A stretch of DNA of 55,363 nucleotides, filler included, from Jimgerdemannia flammicorona (lineage: Eukaryota), in assembly GCA_003990765.1 (NCBI GenBank). It is 3 parts of 3 records of this genome, joined end to end, with 100 filler letters (N's around TTAATTAATTAA, not from the genome) between each part and the next. Parts side by side here need not be neighbours in the genome. Positions count along the whole stretch, not along the records: positions 36,980 to 55,363 come from RBNJ01002223.1; 2 more parts are not named here. One strand, 5' to 3'. Position numbers and translations under genes: made by a program. The notes beneath the pieces are model-generated. The model was not told the DNA's origin and did no database searches. It worked only from the letters and a program-made list of their open reading frames with translations. Position 1 is the stretch's first letter; every line of letters starts with the position of its first letter. Shown here piece by piece: positions 39,828 through 51,986 of this stretch.

Positions 39828-40356
39828 GTTGGTAACGTCTATGAGGGGCTACCGGCCGTCTATGTTTTGGGGAGTGGAGACCAGTATATTGGACGACAAA
39901 GGCTCCTGTCGGATCTTTGTTCGCTGGCTGTTCAGGCGAAGAGGTAAGGATATTTGTTTACAGTTTGTAATCACGGTTTAAGAATCGGATGAGGTATGGA
40001 AGTGCAGGTGGCCAGTGGAGGTTGTGTGACAACACAAATGCCACGTTCGACACTCGTAGCGCTTCGCGAGCTGCCAACACGTCCGCTGAAAGAGTGGATA
40101 GTGGAAAGAAGGCAACCGCGGCTAAGGTTCTTTCCCTGGGGTGTGCATCGAATGACGCGAACCCCGCAGCAATCGTCGTGCACTGGGCAGAGACTTCCAA
40201 ATTTGTATCAATTAAATAGGAGGTTTTAGAAAAATCCGGGTCTGTTACCATTAATTGTTTTATGGTTTGGTGGTCTCCGTGCCTTGGCATCTGATCCCTG
40301 AGCGACTGAATGACACGAATACTGCTACTGCCGCTCAGGCTGGTCGGTCGACTTGC

Positions 40357-40468
40357 CATACAATTACATGTCTAATACGGCCACAAGGTTTACGCATACA
40401 ATTACATGTCTAGTACGGCCACAAGGTTTACGCATACAATTACATGTCTAGTACGGCACAAGGTTTAC
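40357..40468. repeat. 38-bp tandem repeat x3 (CATACAATTACATGTCTAGTACGGCCACAAGGTTTACG) in a divergent intergenic region
   Basis: Units start at 40357, 40395 and 40433 and differ by 1-2 nt. Confidence 0.95.
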
Positions 40469-40683
40469 AAGACCACATTCTCCGCTATTTTTGTTTGCTA
40501 CACACAACACAGTGCTAAAGGAGGGGTCCCCAGCCAGTAGTGCAGTAAGGCGGTTTCACGTGGCCAGATCATCTCTGTAGGAGATCGCTGAGTGACTGAT
40601 GTGACTGATCAGGGACAGGGCAGGGCGAACAGACAGTCCCAGCCGAGGGATAAAGTGATACTGCGGGGAACAGTAGACCCACC

Positions 40684-40729
40684 CCAATCAGCTTGTTACA
40701 TGTCGCCAAAGCGTGAGCCGTCTGATTGG
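40684..40729. promoter_or_regulatory. Inverted pair of CCAAT boxes upstream of the MYND gene
   Basis: CCAATCAG at 40684-40691 and CTGATTGG at 40722-40729, about 100 bp before ATG 40827. A CACGTG also lies at 40557-40562. Confidence 0.45.
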
Positions 40730-40826
40730 ACAAATCCGGTTTAGCACCACTAGATCATATACAACTCTTACTCTTCCCTGCTTAACTCTTCTTCCCCCCC
40801 AACCCTCTCGCCTTTTTTCACATACC

Positions 40827-42302
40827 ATGACCGAATCCGCTCACGTTCACGGCCCCAACTGCGACCATGATCACCATGATCACGACCACGAACATGGCCA
40901 GGGCCACGACCTTGAGGAAAGCTCCTACCAGGACCGTTTCCTACAGGGCAGCAACCGCCTGATCGCGTACGATCTCCTTGTCGCGAGCAATAAGGTAGAC
41001 GAGACCAATGACCCGGACGTGGCCCGCTACATCGAGGCCAAAGCCGAGTTCCAGAAGGGCTATGATAAGTGCCGGCTGATCCCGGCCACCTTGGACGACG
41101 AGACCCTCGACACCCACCGCGCCGAGATCACTGAGGCCGCCGAGACCATGGTCCGCGCGTGGTTAATCGATGACAAGGCCGCGCCCATGTCCGAAAGGGT
41201 GCTGATTCTTGGCCAGCAGTATGAGAAGGTTTTGCTCAAGGATGTGCCGGAGGAGAAGAGAGAGGGTTTCTTCGTCAAGGAAAGTTTGCTGTTCTCCGCT
41301 TGGATTCTGTTAATCGGGAAGCAATACGCTCACTGGTAAGACATCTTTTATGGGTTTGGGGTGGTGTATGAAGGGATTGAAAGTGCTGGGTTGGCGAAAG
41401 AGATTGGAGAGGGTAGCTGTTTCCTACAGGCATAAGCTCCGTGAGAATCACCCCGCGTTTCTGTACCTGTGGCTAACCCTCTTCCCGAATTTTATCCCAG
41501 CATCACAACTCTGACCCTTGCGCTTGAAACCTACGCAGACCAACTCCCTGCGCGCATCTACTTTCTCCGTGCTACCTGCCACCTCAACCTGGGCCAGTTA
41601 AAAGATGGCCTCGCGGACCTCCAGAAAGCCGTCATTCGTGATCCCAACTTCGCTCTCCCCTACTCGGTCATGGGCTCCATTCAAATGAGTTCTAGCGAGC
41701 GTTTCAACGCTAGCAAGAACTTCCGCGCCTACATCGAGAAGGGCCATCCGGACACCGTTGAATACTCCAATGCTCTCTTTGCCCTCTCAGTCCTGACCCT
41801 AGGGCCGGGCCAGAAGAAAACCCAGGAGTCCTCGGAGCTCTACCAGCGCGGCAAAGAAGCCGAAAAACGCTTCGAGTACCTTTACGGTCACACCCCGAAC
41901 CTCAATGACATTAAGCGTAACGCCATCGTCGCGCACGAGCCGCCAGAGGTCTCGGCCCGTGTCATGGCACAATGGAACGCGCAGATGAGGTTGCAACAGC
42001 AGCAGCGCGCCCAGGCCGAGAAGGAGTCTCGCATCGAAAGACTCATCCAGTCCGGCATCCTGTCCAGCAAGCTACCTTCCGAGAAGATTTCCACGTCGTG
42101 CGCCAACTGCCACGCCGAGAAGAGGAAAGGCGACCCGGACAAGGCTCTCATGATCTGCTCGGCATGCAGGAGTGTGTGGTACTGCTCCCGGGAATGCCAA
42201 AAGGCCCATTACAAGTCGGCACATAAACGCGTGTGCGAGGAAATGAGGGCAATCAATGGGGTCGTGGTGGTGGGGAAGGAGAATGGGAAGCCGAAGAAGT
42301 AG
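40827..42302 (+). CDS. His-rich N-terminus / TPR-like / C-terminal MYND zinc-finger protein; exons 40827-41335 and 41501-42302
   Basis: ATG 40827 (MTESAHVHGPNCDHDHH). Intron GTAAG..GCTAAC..CCCAG is phase-consistent. TPR-like IYFLRATCHLNLGQLKDGLADLQKAVIRDPNFALPY. MYND motif CANC..CSACRSVWYCSRECQKAHYKSAHKRVC. Confidence 0.88.
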
Positions 42303-42626
42303 ACGGCGCGACGAGTCAAGGATATGTAGGGTTAAAATGGACGTTGGTACAAGATATTATTTGACATCCTGAGATTGGGTATCGGATTGTTGCGTTTGAC
42401 AATTTTGATGGGTTTTGTATGTATTTCATTCGGCGATATCGCCAAAATATCCTTTTTTTTTTTGCCTGAATAGACCAGAAATTCAAACTACTTGGTAGTT
42501 GTGAATAAAAACAAATCTAGATCCAGCCTATTTGACGTCACATTTACAAATAATATATAATTATAATTATAATTATATATACGCAACAAATTTTCTATGC
42601 CACTCTACCACCTGACAGAAACAAAC

Positions 42627-45081
42627 ATGGCTTTTTCTGGCGCCATAGTTCTTGCTGACCTTAATGACTACATCGCTCCGTCTCAGGCCTGCATAAAACC
42701 CGTTGAGGTCAAAGTGACAAAGAAAGACGTGGATCAACCGGTAATTCTTTAGCGGCACTGCTGTTATACTCCCTGCAAACCTCTCCCAACCAAATCCTTG
42801 TTATTTTGACCTTTATATCTCAGACCTCCATCAAGATTGATGACACGGGCGGCTACTACGAGGTCACCCAGGATGGCGGGGAGACAAAGCTTGAGAAGGC
42901 CTCAATAACCCTTAACGACTGCCTAGCATGCAGGTGCGTTCCATTGTTACTCTGCCAACTATGAGCAACAACTGCCGCACTTTTCAATTAACATCTGCAC
43001 ATATTACGTGCCCAAATTTAGCGGCTGTATCACTTCCGCAGAGAGCGTTCTGGTCGCAATGCAGTCGAATGAAGAACTTTACAATGTCCTGAAGAGCAAC
43101 CAGGAAGTCTTGGCGGTACGTATCGTTCCGAACACGCCATTTCATACTTAAATACACACAGCACTCGAAAGCAGGAGCCAGGCTAACGCCTGACACTCTC
43201 ATCGCCAATCCTTCCGGAACAAAAACGTTCAGAATCACCGCACCATCGTCGTCTCCCTTTCCCCTCAATCCCGAGCTTCCCTCGCTGCGAAGTATAACAT
43301 CACCCCTTTGCAGGTGGCCCGCCGCCTCACCCACTTCTTCAAGCAGCTTGGTGTGCATCATGTCTTCGACACTTCTCTCTCGCGCGACCTCTCGCTCATC
43401 GAGTCCGCCCGCGAGTTTGTCGAGCGATACCGCCGCCACCAGAGCGTCAAACCCCCGGCCTCGGCCACACCTGAGCAGACCGACGACGGTACCGTAGTGA
43501 AAGCACGCCGCATGGTGGGGCGTCGCGCGGGGCGGAACGAGGCTGTGGCTGTAGCAGATGGTGCGGGCGCCGCGGTGGGGGCAGATCTGCCGATGTTGGC
43601 GTCGTCATGTCCCGGATGGATATGCTACGCGGAGAAAACTCACGGTTACGTGTTGCCGCATGTAAGCACGGCGAAGTCACCCCAACAAGTCATGGGTTCG
43701 ATTGTGAAGGACTATTTAGCGGGAAGGTGGGAAGTTCGGTAAGTTGGCGATACGGATAGATGGGCTGAGGTTGTGATTTCGGAGTTTAGGAGGGTAGGAG
43801 AGGGAATGTGGGAGGATAGAGGGATGAGTTTATGGGTGGCTATGTGGTAATACCGAGTGTGGATAGGCGTGTTTGAGCAAATCTTTGGTATCACTATATT
43901 TGCAGCTTTTGGGCATCGCATCTCACCTTTATCTATTATCCAATTCCATGGCTACCTCCACCCCCGTTCTCAGACCAAATCAGATATATCACGTATCCAT
44001 AATGCCTTGTTACGATAAGAAGCTCGAGGCAAGTCGTCCTGACTTTTACGATGAGGAATGCGCCACGCGAGATGTTGATTGTGTGATCACTACAGGCGAG
44101 GTTGATAAGATGCTGGAGGAGCAAGGAGCAAATCTTAGGATTATGCCGGAGGCTGAGCTCGATCCTGTGTAAGTTGAAGTTAAATGATCGTGTATTTGTT
44201 ATTTTTGGGCCTTTATTGATCGTAATTCCTATTCCATCGTCCATCAATTGTCACCTCTCACTAGTTTTACAAAGATGATCCTCGACGCGACCACCTCCCA
44301 GCCCGTTCTCCTCGGCACCCCCGGCACGGGCTCCGGCGGCTCCCTCGAGTTCATCCTCTCCTATGCCGCGCGCGAGCTCTTCAACCTCCCCTCCCTTCGT
44401 ACAGACCTCCCTCCCGATGCGCCGACGTCCTTCCCGGGCCTCACGATCCGCACAGTCCGCAACGTCGACCTACGTGAGTACACGCTGGAGCTACCTGCGA
44501 CGCCCGATTCGCCGGCGGTGCCTGTCCTCCAATTTGCTGCCGCCTACGGGTTCCGCAACATTCAGAACCTCGTGCGCAAGATCAAGCAGGGCAAGTGTGC
44601 ATACCATTACGTCGAGGTTATGGCGTGTCCCGGCGGCTGCGTCAACGGTGGGGGACAGCTAAAGCCGCCCGAAGGGTCTGATGTTGTCTCTGCTAAGGAA
44701 TGGGTCGCGCATGTGGAGAGAGTATATCGGAGCGTGGAGGGGGTGAGTCCAGAGGAGAATTCGGTTGTGAGAGGACTATATGGGTAGGCTTTCGGTTTGT
44801 CTCTATTGCGATTGATGAATCTAATAGGGACGAGTACCGTTGTTTCGTCCTTCGTGTATATTTAGGGGTTGTAGTTATGAAAGCGATTACCCAGGCATCC
44901 TTCTATTGAGTGAATTTCCTCACAGTCCTAACGCCTCTTTTATCATCAATCATCTTACAAATCAAACAACAGCGACGAATGGCTCCAGGGGCCCGATTCA
45001 TCCAAGGCCCGGCGTATGCTGCGCACGCAGTACCACGCCGTCACACAAAATCTACAGAATCCGCTAGCCGTGAAATGGTGA
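42627..45081 (+). CDS. NAR1: Cytosolic Fe-S cluster assembly factor Nar1/IOP1 (iron-only hydrogenase-like); exons 42627-42740, 42824-42933, 43022-43115, 43233-43738, 43974-44168, 44265-44783, 44973-45081
   Basis: [103 protein letters not shown] and terminal TQYHAV..VKW*. All introns are GT-AG and phase-consistent. Confidence 0.95.
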
Positions 45082-45299
45082 AGATTTGTCATAGGAGAGG
45101 GGTTAAGTGGGAATGTGGTAGAAAGTTATATACGGGTGGTAGTGGTGTACTTGTATATACTGTATTTCTGGAATTTCTAAAAGAATACAGTGAGAAAACA
45201 TTCTAAATAGATGTATATATATCAAATACATATCTTTGAAAATATTGTTAATTCTAATCAAGGAAAGGATATGAAAGAGTATGTATATTTCTTGACAGG

Positions 45300-48200
45300 T
45301 GTAAGAAAAGTAAAGAAAAAAAATATATATTAAGTTATATAATTTTAATTTTTATTAAAAAGTCAACTAAAGTTTATTAAAATAAAAATTAATAATAATA
45401 ATAGTAAAACTAAAATTAATAAGATTATAAAATTTAAATACTTTAAAATAATTTTATTATAAATAAAAATATTTATTATAATATATAATATATCTCTTAT
45501 TACTTCTGTATAGCTCAATATGCCTCTAAATTGTCTATATACTATCTCTTGTTTATTTCTTAATAGTATTTCTGACTCAATATTCACATCAACTACTATT
45601 TGGTTTATTTGAGTCATTGGTCACATAACTGGTCATTTAGTTTATACATCAAAAGGTCAATTACTTATATTATATATTATTCTTGAGTTTTCTAGTAAGT
45701 TGGTAATTTTAGTATTTTTGATTAGATTTCTTGGGTCTTGTATCTAATTTCTATAGTGATTTTAACTAACTAACTTATATCTTGAATATGTAGTCTTGAT
45801 CTTATATCTTAAGTTCTATAGTAATAAGAGTAATTCTTTAGCTCTTAGAGTCTTTTTTCCAAAGTTCTTACACTAGACTTTCTTGTCTTTCAGAACTTAA
45901 GTTAATATTGCAGACCAATTGACTGAGGTTTATTTACTACAGATTAGGGGATATTTATATAGTTTTCAGACTATATATAAGGCTAGATAATTAGTTATAA
46001 CTTATAATTACTAGAAGATACTAATTAGTATAATTTTGGAATTCAGATAACTAACTAACTGAATAAGGCTAATTTTGTATTTATGATAAATTGAGCTAGT
46101 TAATATATAGTTACTATTAGTCTAACTAACTAACTTACTCAATTTGGCTAATAGAGCTATTCTTATTTAACTTAAAATTTAGTATAATTGAGATTATGTC
46201 ATCCTTATCCTCCTTATCTTCAGGGAGTCTAACTAAATTATTTTCTGCATCTTTCACAATTGTGCTGAAGTCAGTGAGAGACTTTGGAGATAAGAAAAGA
46301 AAGCCTGCAGATTTCTTTAGGAAGTTATTGATATTGTCTTCTAGTAAAATAAATAGGTTACTATTATTTTCTAAATTGTTTTGAGAGGTGATATTATTGT
46401 TAACAATATTATCAAAGAGTATGTAGTTATTTTGCTCTTAAGATCTTCAGTCAATAGTGATATTATTTATAAAGTAGAGAATATTGTAAGAGGGTTACTT
46501 TTTAGGGTGACCGTTACGTAGTTCTGGAAGGGTTTTCTGGAAGTTCTGGATACTCTGGAAGACCGTTTTCTTATGGTCAAGATCAATTTCATATGGAGTA
46601 CATCCTCTATGCTTATTGATTTCAAGATCGGGTTGACGTCTCAACCAAAGTCCTTTTCCGAACTAGTTCTGGATGTTCAGAATTTTCTGTATTTCAGGAA
46701 GTTCAGGAAACTAAGACCAGCTTAGTTGAATTGGCGTATCGCTGCAGACAATACCCAATTAGGAAATTTCGTGACAGGGTTAGGAGTAGGACCTAATAGA
46801 GAGCGGATTTACTTAAGAGTGGTTTATGGGTTATGGAATAGGTTTATTTGCTATTCATGATATTGCTATACTAGGAGTAGTTATGTGAAGGGGTATTGTG
46901 GGGAAGTGCTCAGGAGTTGTATTCGAATTGTTCAAGTCTGAGATTCTGAGGTCTGGAGGAGGGGGTATTTATACTAGTGAGGGGCTATCTGGACTATGCT
47001 AGATGTAGATGTAGCACTAAGTGCCTTGCTGAGTCGGAATGCAGTCATGTAGTACAAGTGTGATCTGACATGTCAAGAGATCGTCTGACTGCTGAGTCAG
47101 TTTACAGTCATGTCATACAAGGCTAATCTATCTATACTATGACTGCTAGACTATTTATAGGTTTAGGCACTATCTGGGTAGTCTTCGATGACATCACCAT
47201 CAATTGCATCATCTCTGATGAAGTAGTCATCTAGGAAGAGTGGTTCGCGGATTACTTCTCCTTGTTGGCTGAGGTAGTAATACATTGAGACTTCATCTCC
47301 GTCCCACAGGATAGCATCGTCTGTTTCATATGCTGGATAAGGTGTTGGTGGGTGAAGGATGGGTGTATTGTCTTCGCTTTCATCGGATTTGCTGTCTGCA
47401 TACCTTCTATAGGTTACAGCACTATGAGTTGCGGGGTTATAGTATGCTGGTGGCTGTGGTTCATGTCACTTGTACTCGGGTGGTGGAGTGGTTGGTTCGA
47501 TCTCGAGGGTTGTCTGAAGGTACAGGTTGTGTTCTCCAGTCTCTTCATTGTAATTGAAGTAATCAGGGGTGAATGCGGGTTGGTATTTGTGCCAGTGGTC
47601 ATTGTCCCAATAAGTTTCATATATGGTTATGAACTATTGTAGGTTCATCAGCAAGGTTGGTGGAGTGATCAGGGTTGGCAGAGATCCTTGGCTAGAGGTC
47701 ATGTCGATGTCAGAGGGATCATTGTCTTCTGCTTCGTCTTCATCGAAGTGGATTATATCATAGACATCCTTCATAGTGTATCCAACTTGAGGCATTTGTA
47801 GGATATGGTCATTGGGGTGCGGGAAGGTTCTGTCTGTGGTCTGGACATATTCGAGGTACTTGTGGTTGAGTTCTTGTATCATGTCATCGATTTGGCCATA
47901 GGACAGGGTAGCAACCATTTCGCTGGTAGTAACTTGGAGGCGGGGAATAAAGGTATTGTACTCGTAGAAGAGTTCTCAATGTTTGCGGGCGATGAGCTTC
48001 TGGTGTTGAGACATCTGGGTAATATCTGTATCATGGTGGTGTTCGACCATGTCTTCTAGGAGGCGGCCGATCTGGTAGTAGCTTGAGATTTGTCCGATTC
48101 GGTGGGCCTCACTAAGCATGTTCAGGGCATTCTATCAGGCTTCCACGAAGTAGAGGGGTGCCAGGCTATGGATATTCATGAGGGACAGAGGGGGTGTGGC

Positions 48201-49438
48201 TCGGTTGATAATGGCATTCCAAATGTCAGCACGGATATGGTTGTAGATCTCTGTGGTCATGTTTGTATGTTTGGAAGTTGTGGTTGTTGTTTGTTTTGGT
48301 TCTCTGATTCGATGCGTCTTGGTGCTCAGTATATATGCATTTGGTCCTGATTGGTAAGATTCTGTTTATGTAGATCTTGTGTTCTGTGACTTTGTATTGA
48401 CTCAGCTTTGTGCGCTGTGACTTTGGTTTAACTCAGCTTCGTGATCAAGCAGGTGATTTCCAGATTTGTTCGGAGGTCGCATGTGATTTCAGTGGCTTGT
48501 TCAGAGGGTGACATGTAATTTCGGTGGCTTGGAGGTTGTGTGCTTACAAATATCTATAAAATTCTGGGAGAAGCAAACTCTCAAGAAAAGGTCTTGAAAT
48601 AGTGCAATCAAACTATAGATGAATTAGTCTAGATTGTTCTCTAGAATAGAGTTCCAAAGGTCTTAAATCTCATTACTCTTGACTATAATAGTAGATTGGA
48701 CTTCTTCTGTAACTATTTCTTCAAAATAGTCTGTATAGTGGCTTATTAGTTTTTAAATATCAGAGATTTTGACATATTTTAGATTAGAAATAGCTCAGAA
48801 TATGTCTAAAGATCTGATAAACTCTTTTGATTAATTTCTATTTATATCTATTCATATAAGTAGTATCTGCAATTTCTTAAGAGCTGGTTTATAAGAATTC
48901 TTAGTGAAGGTAATATCTCTTTTCATATTCTTGCTATATCTAAAGATACTCAGCAGTAGTGATAATTCTTGTTTCTATTTTACAGTAGTTAAGAGTACAT
49001 ATAGTGATAAGAATTTCTTGAATAAAGGTTTAGACTTAGAGTTCTTTTTGTATGTAATCTTATAGCTCTCTTGATATTAGTAAATATTTGTTCTTAAACT
49101 GATGAGCCTAGATACATAGCTTCTTGATCTTACTATTTAACAGATGACAGATATTTTATTTTCATAATAAGTCTTCTATTTAATGCTTGATACTTTTCTT
49201 CTTATTACTTCTTTTATATATATCTTAAGAGTCTTCTTCTTTAGTTTAGAGAGTAGGGTTACCTAATTTGGAGTAGTATACTACTAGAGTCATTATGAGT
49301 TATTATGAGTTTAGATATAGATCATCTTATAAATAAGATGAGTCACAGTTAAGTCATAATTTGTAACTGATAGCTTGTAAAGTCTAGATAGTCTTCTGTA
49401 TTTTGATGTTACTGATTTTGAAGATATATATCATTATA
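45300..49438 (-). mobile_element. Family-2 LTR (probable 3' LTR of a Gypsy element), about 2.07 kb net, split by family-1 LTR copy C
   Basis: Reverse-complement similarity to 9895-13362 on both sides of the insertion. Begins right after a PPT-like tract. Candidate end CTTACA (TGTAAG on plus, 45300); this left boundary is less certain. Confidence 0.65.
46485..48548 (-). mobile_element. Family-1 solo LTR-like element, copy C (2064 bp, complete)
   Basis: TGTAAG (46485) and CTTACA (48548) termini. 5-bp TSD AATAT at 46480-46484 and 48549-48553. Removing it restores the family-2 sequence. Carries the same ORF (track ORF 47634..47918). Confidence 0.93.
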
Positions 49439-50287
49439 TCTATCTCTTACAAAATTAGAGCTATTCTTAGTGATAATAGTTATATAAGAATAGCAGATCT
49501 TATTCCTTCATTGAACAAACTATTAATATATTTATAAGGACTAGTTATCCTTGTCTAGAACAAGAGCTCTCATTATTATAATTAGAAGTTCAAATCTCTC
49601 AGAAATGGATTTTTCTATAATCTGAGACAATTTCTAGTAGTAATATCTATCATATGTATAAATAAGCTTAAAAATAGTTCTAGTATTGTTAGCTTCTTGA
49701 GTTTTAAAGGAAGCATCCATCATTCTTTAATAAAAATAATACAGATAGAGTAAAAGATATTATTCAAATATATTTTACTTCTACTAAATAGTAAGATCTT
49801 ATATAGTTATAGTATATCTTAGTCTTGAGTATAACTCTATCTAGGGTCTTAAGTTAGTATATAGATGTAATTTGTAAATCTCTGATATATGAGATAGAGT
49901 TCTTCTCATTTTGAGTTAAGTTTGACACTTCAGTTTTCTTCTATGATAGTATAGTATATCAAAACTTATTTTTCAATAAGTGGAGGTTCAAGGTCAGCTT
50001 TGTAGTCATAGTACTTCTTTTATTATTCTTATATTTTAGTAATAAATACTTATACTTATTAGTATACTTTATATAACTGAGTGATCTTTTCAGTAACTCA
50101 TTTTATTAAATTTAATTAGATCAGTTTAGTGGAGTCTTATACTTCTTGGCCATATACTAAATAGAAAGAGGTCTATTAGGTAGTAGATATCTTTGAAGTG
50201 CAGATATTGAATAGGATTACTAAAAGATAAATATCTCAGTTTAATTGATCTCTAATTTTGTTGAGGCCTTATTTGATAGTCTAGTTT
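49439..50287 (-). mobile_element. Ty3/Gypsy internal remnant: integrase C-terminus plus PPT-like tract
   Basis: Degenerate translation TIK*GLNKI..ILFNICTSKISTT**TSFYLVYGQE, KKYYD and SVKLNSK*EELYLI, matching the TPFxLxYG and KLxPKWxGPY motifs. TTTTGTAAGAGATAGA lies immediately before the LTR start. Confidence 0.65.
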
Positions 50288-51978
50288 TGTAGAAGATTAC
50301 TTGTTAGAGTAATCATTATGTAGTTCTGGAAGAGTTTTCTGAAAGTTCTAGATATTCTGGAAGACCATTTTCTTAAGGTCAAGATTAATTTCATATGGAG
50401 TATATCCTCTATGCTTATTGATTTCAAGATTGAGTTGATGTCTCAACCAAAGTTCTTTTTTGAACTAGTTCTGAATATTCAGAATTTTCTGTATTTTAGG
50501 AAGTTTAAGAAACTAAGACCAGCTTAGTTGAATTGGTATATTACTGCAGACAATACCCAATTAGGAAATTTCATAATAGAGTTAGGTGTGGGATTTAATA
50601 GAAAGTAGATTTACTTAAGAGTATTGTATGGGTTATTAAATAAGTTTATTCACTATTTATAATATTACTATACTAAGAGTAGTTGTATGAAGGAATATTA
50701 TAGAGAAGTGCTCAGGAGTTGTATTCAGATTGTTCAAGTCTGGGAGAGGAGATATTTATACTAGTGAGGAGCTATCTGGACTATGCTGAATATAGATATA
50801 GTACTTAGTACCTTGCTGAGTCAGAATATAGTCACATAGTACAAGTATGATCTGATATATTAAGAGATCATCTGACTGCTAAGTTAGTTCACAGTCATGT
50901 CATACAAGGTTAGTCTAACTATACTATGACTGCTAAGCTATCTATAGATTTAGATACTGTCTGGGTAGTCTTCAATAACATCACTATAAATGATATTATC
51001 TCTGATAAAGTAGTTATCTAGAAAGAGTTGTTTATAGATTAATTCTTCTTATTCACTGAGATAATAATATATTGGGACTTTGTCTTCATTCTACAGGATA
51101 GCATCATCTGTCTTGTATGCTAGATAAGATGTTAGTGGGTAAAGAAGAGGTATATCATCTTCACTTTCATTAGATTTACTGTCTGCATATCTTCTATGAG
51201 TTACTGCACTATGAGTTGCTGGGTTGTAGTAAACTGGTAGCTGTGATTCATGTTGCTCATACTCAGGTAGTGGAGTTGTTAGTTTGATCTTGAGGATTGT
51301 CTAGAGGTATAGGTTATATTCTCTAGTCTCTTCATTATAGTTGAAGTAATCAGAAGTGTATATAGATTGGTACTTATACCAGTGGTCATTATCTCAATAA
51401 TTTTCATAAGTGGTTATAAACTGTTATAAGTTTATTGGTAAGATTAGCAGAGTGATCAGAGTTGGTAGGGATCCTTAGCTAGAGGTCATGTCAGCATCAG
51501 AGGGATCATTGTCTTCTGCTTTATCTTTATCAAATCAGATTATATTGTAAATATCCTTTATGGTATATCTGACTTGAGACATTTGCAGGATATGGTCATC
51601 AGGATACAGAAAGGTTCTGTCTGTAGTCTGAATGTACTCAAGGTACTTATGGTTAAGTTCTTGTATCATATTATCTATTTGGCCACAGAACAGAGTAGTG
51701 ACCATTTTGGCAGTAGTAACTCGAAGGCAGGGGATAATAGTACTATACTTATATGTAAAAGAGTTCTTGATGTTTACAGATAATGAGTTTCTGGTATTAA
51801 GATATCTAGGTAATATCTGTATCATGATGGTGTTCAATTATATCTTCTAGGAGACAACCAATCTGGTAGTAGCTTGAGATTTATCTGATTCAGTGGGCTT
51901 CACTAAGTATGTTCAGGATATTCCATCAGGCTTCCACAAAGTAAAGAGATGCTAAGCTATAGATATTCATAAGGAGCA
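50288..51978 (-). mobile_element. Family-1 LTR copy D (older, 5'-truncated)
   Basis: Colinear with copy C from its terminus to the start of the ORF. Almost no CpG remains and there are many extra stops. Confidence 0.88.
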
Positions 51979-51986
51979 GTATTCAT

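Noticed and set aside
38817..40359. Multiple antisense and overlapping ORFs around ERF2 exon 1
   Set aside because: These are shadow ORFs of GC-rich coding or UTR sequence without recognisable motifs.
40357..40468. CRISPR-like array (38-bp repeats)
   Set aside because: The units are directly adjacent with no spacers, there are no cas genes, and the context is eukaryotic.
40713..40826. N-terminal extension (mitochondrial-leader-like) of the MYND gene from the ORF track
   Set aside because: It starts at GTG and overlaps the CCAAT box and a pyrimidine-rich leader. The first ATG is at 40827.
42627..45081. Functional [FeFe]-hydrogenase
   Set aside because: The N-terminus, motif variants and terminal Trp match Nar1/IOP1, which lacks hydrogenase activity.
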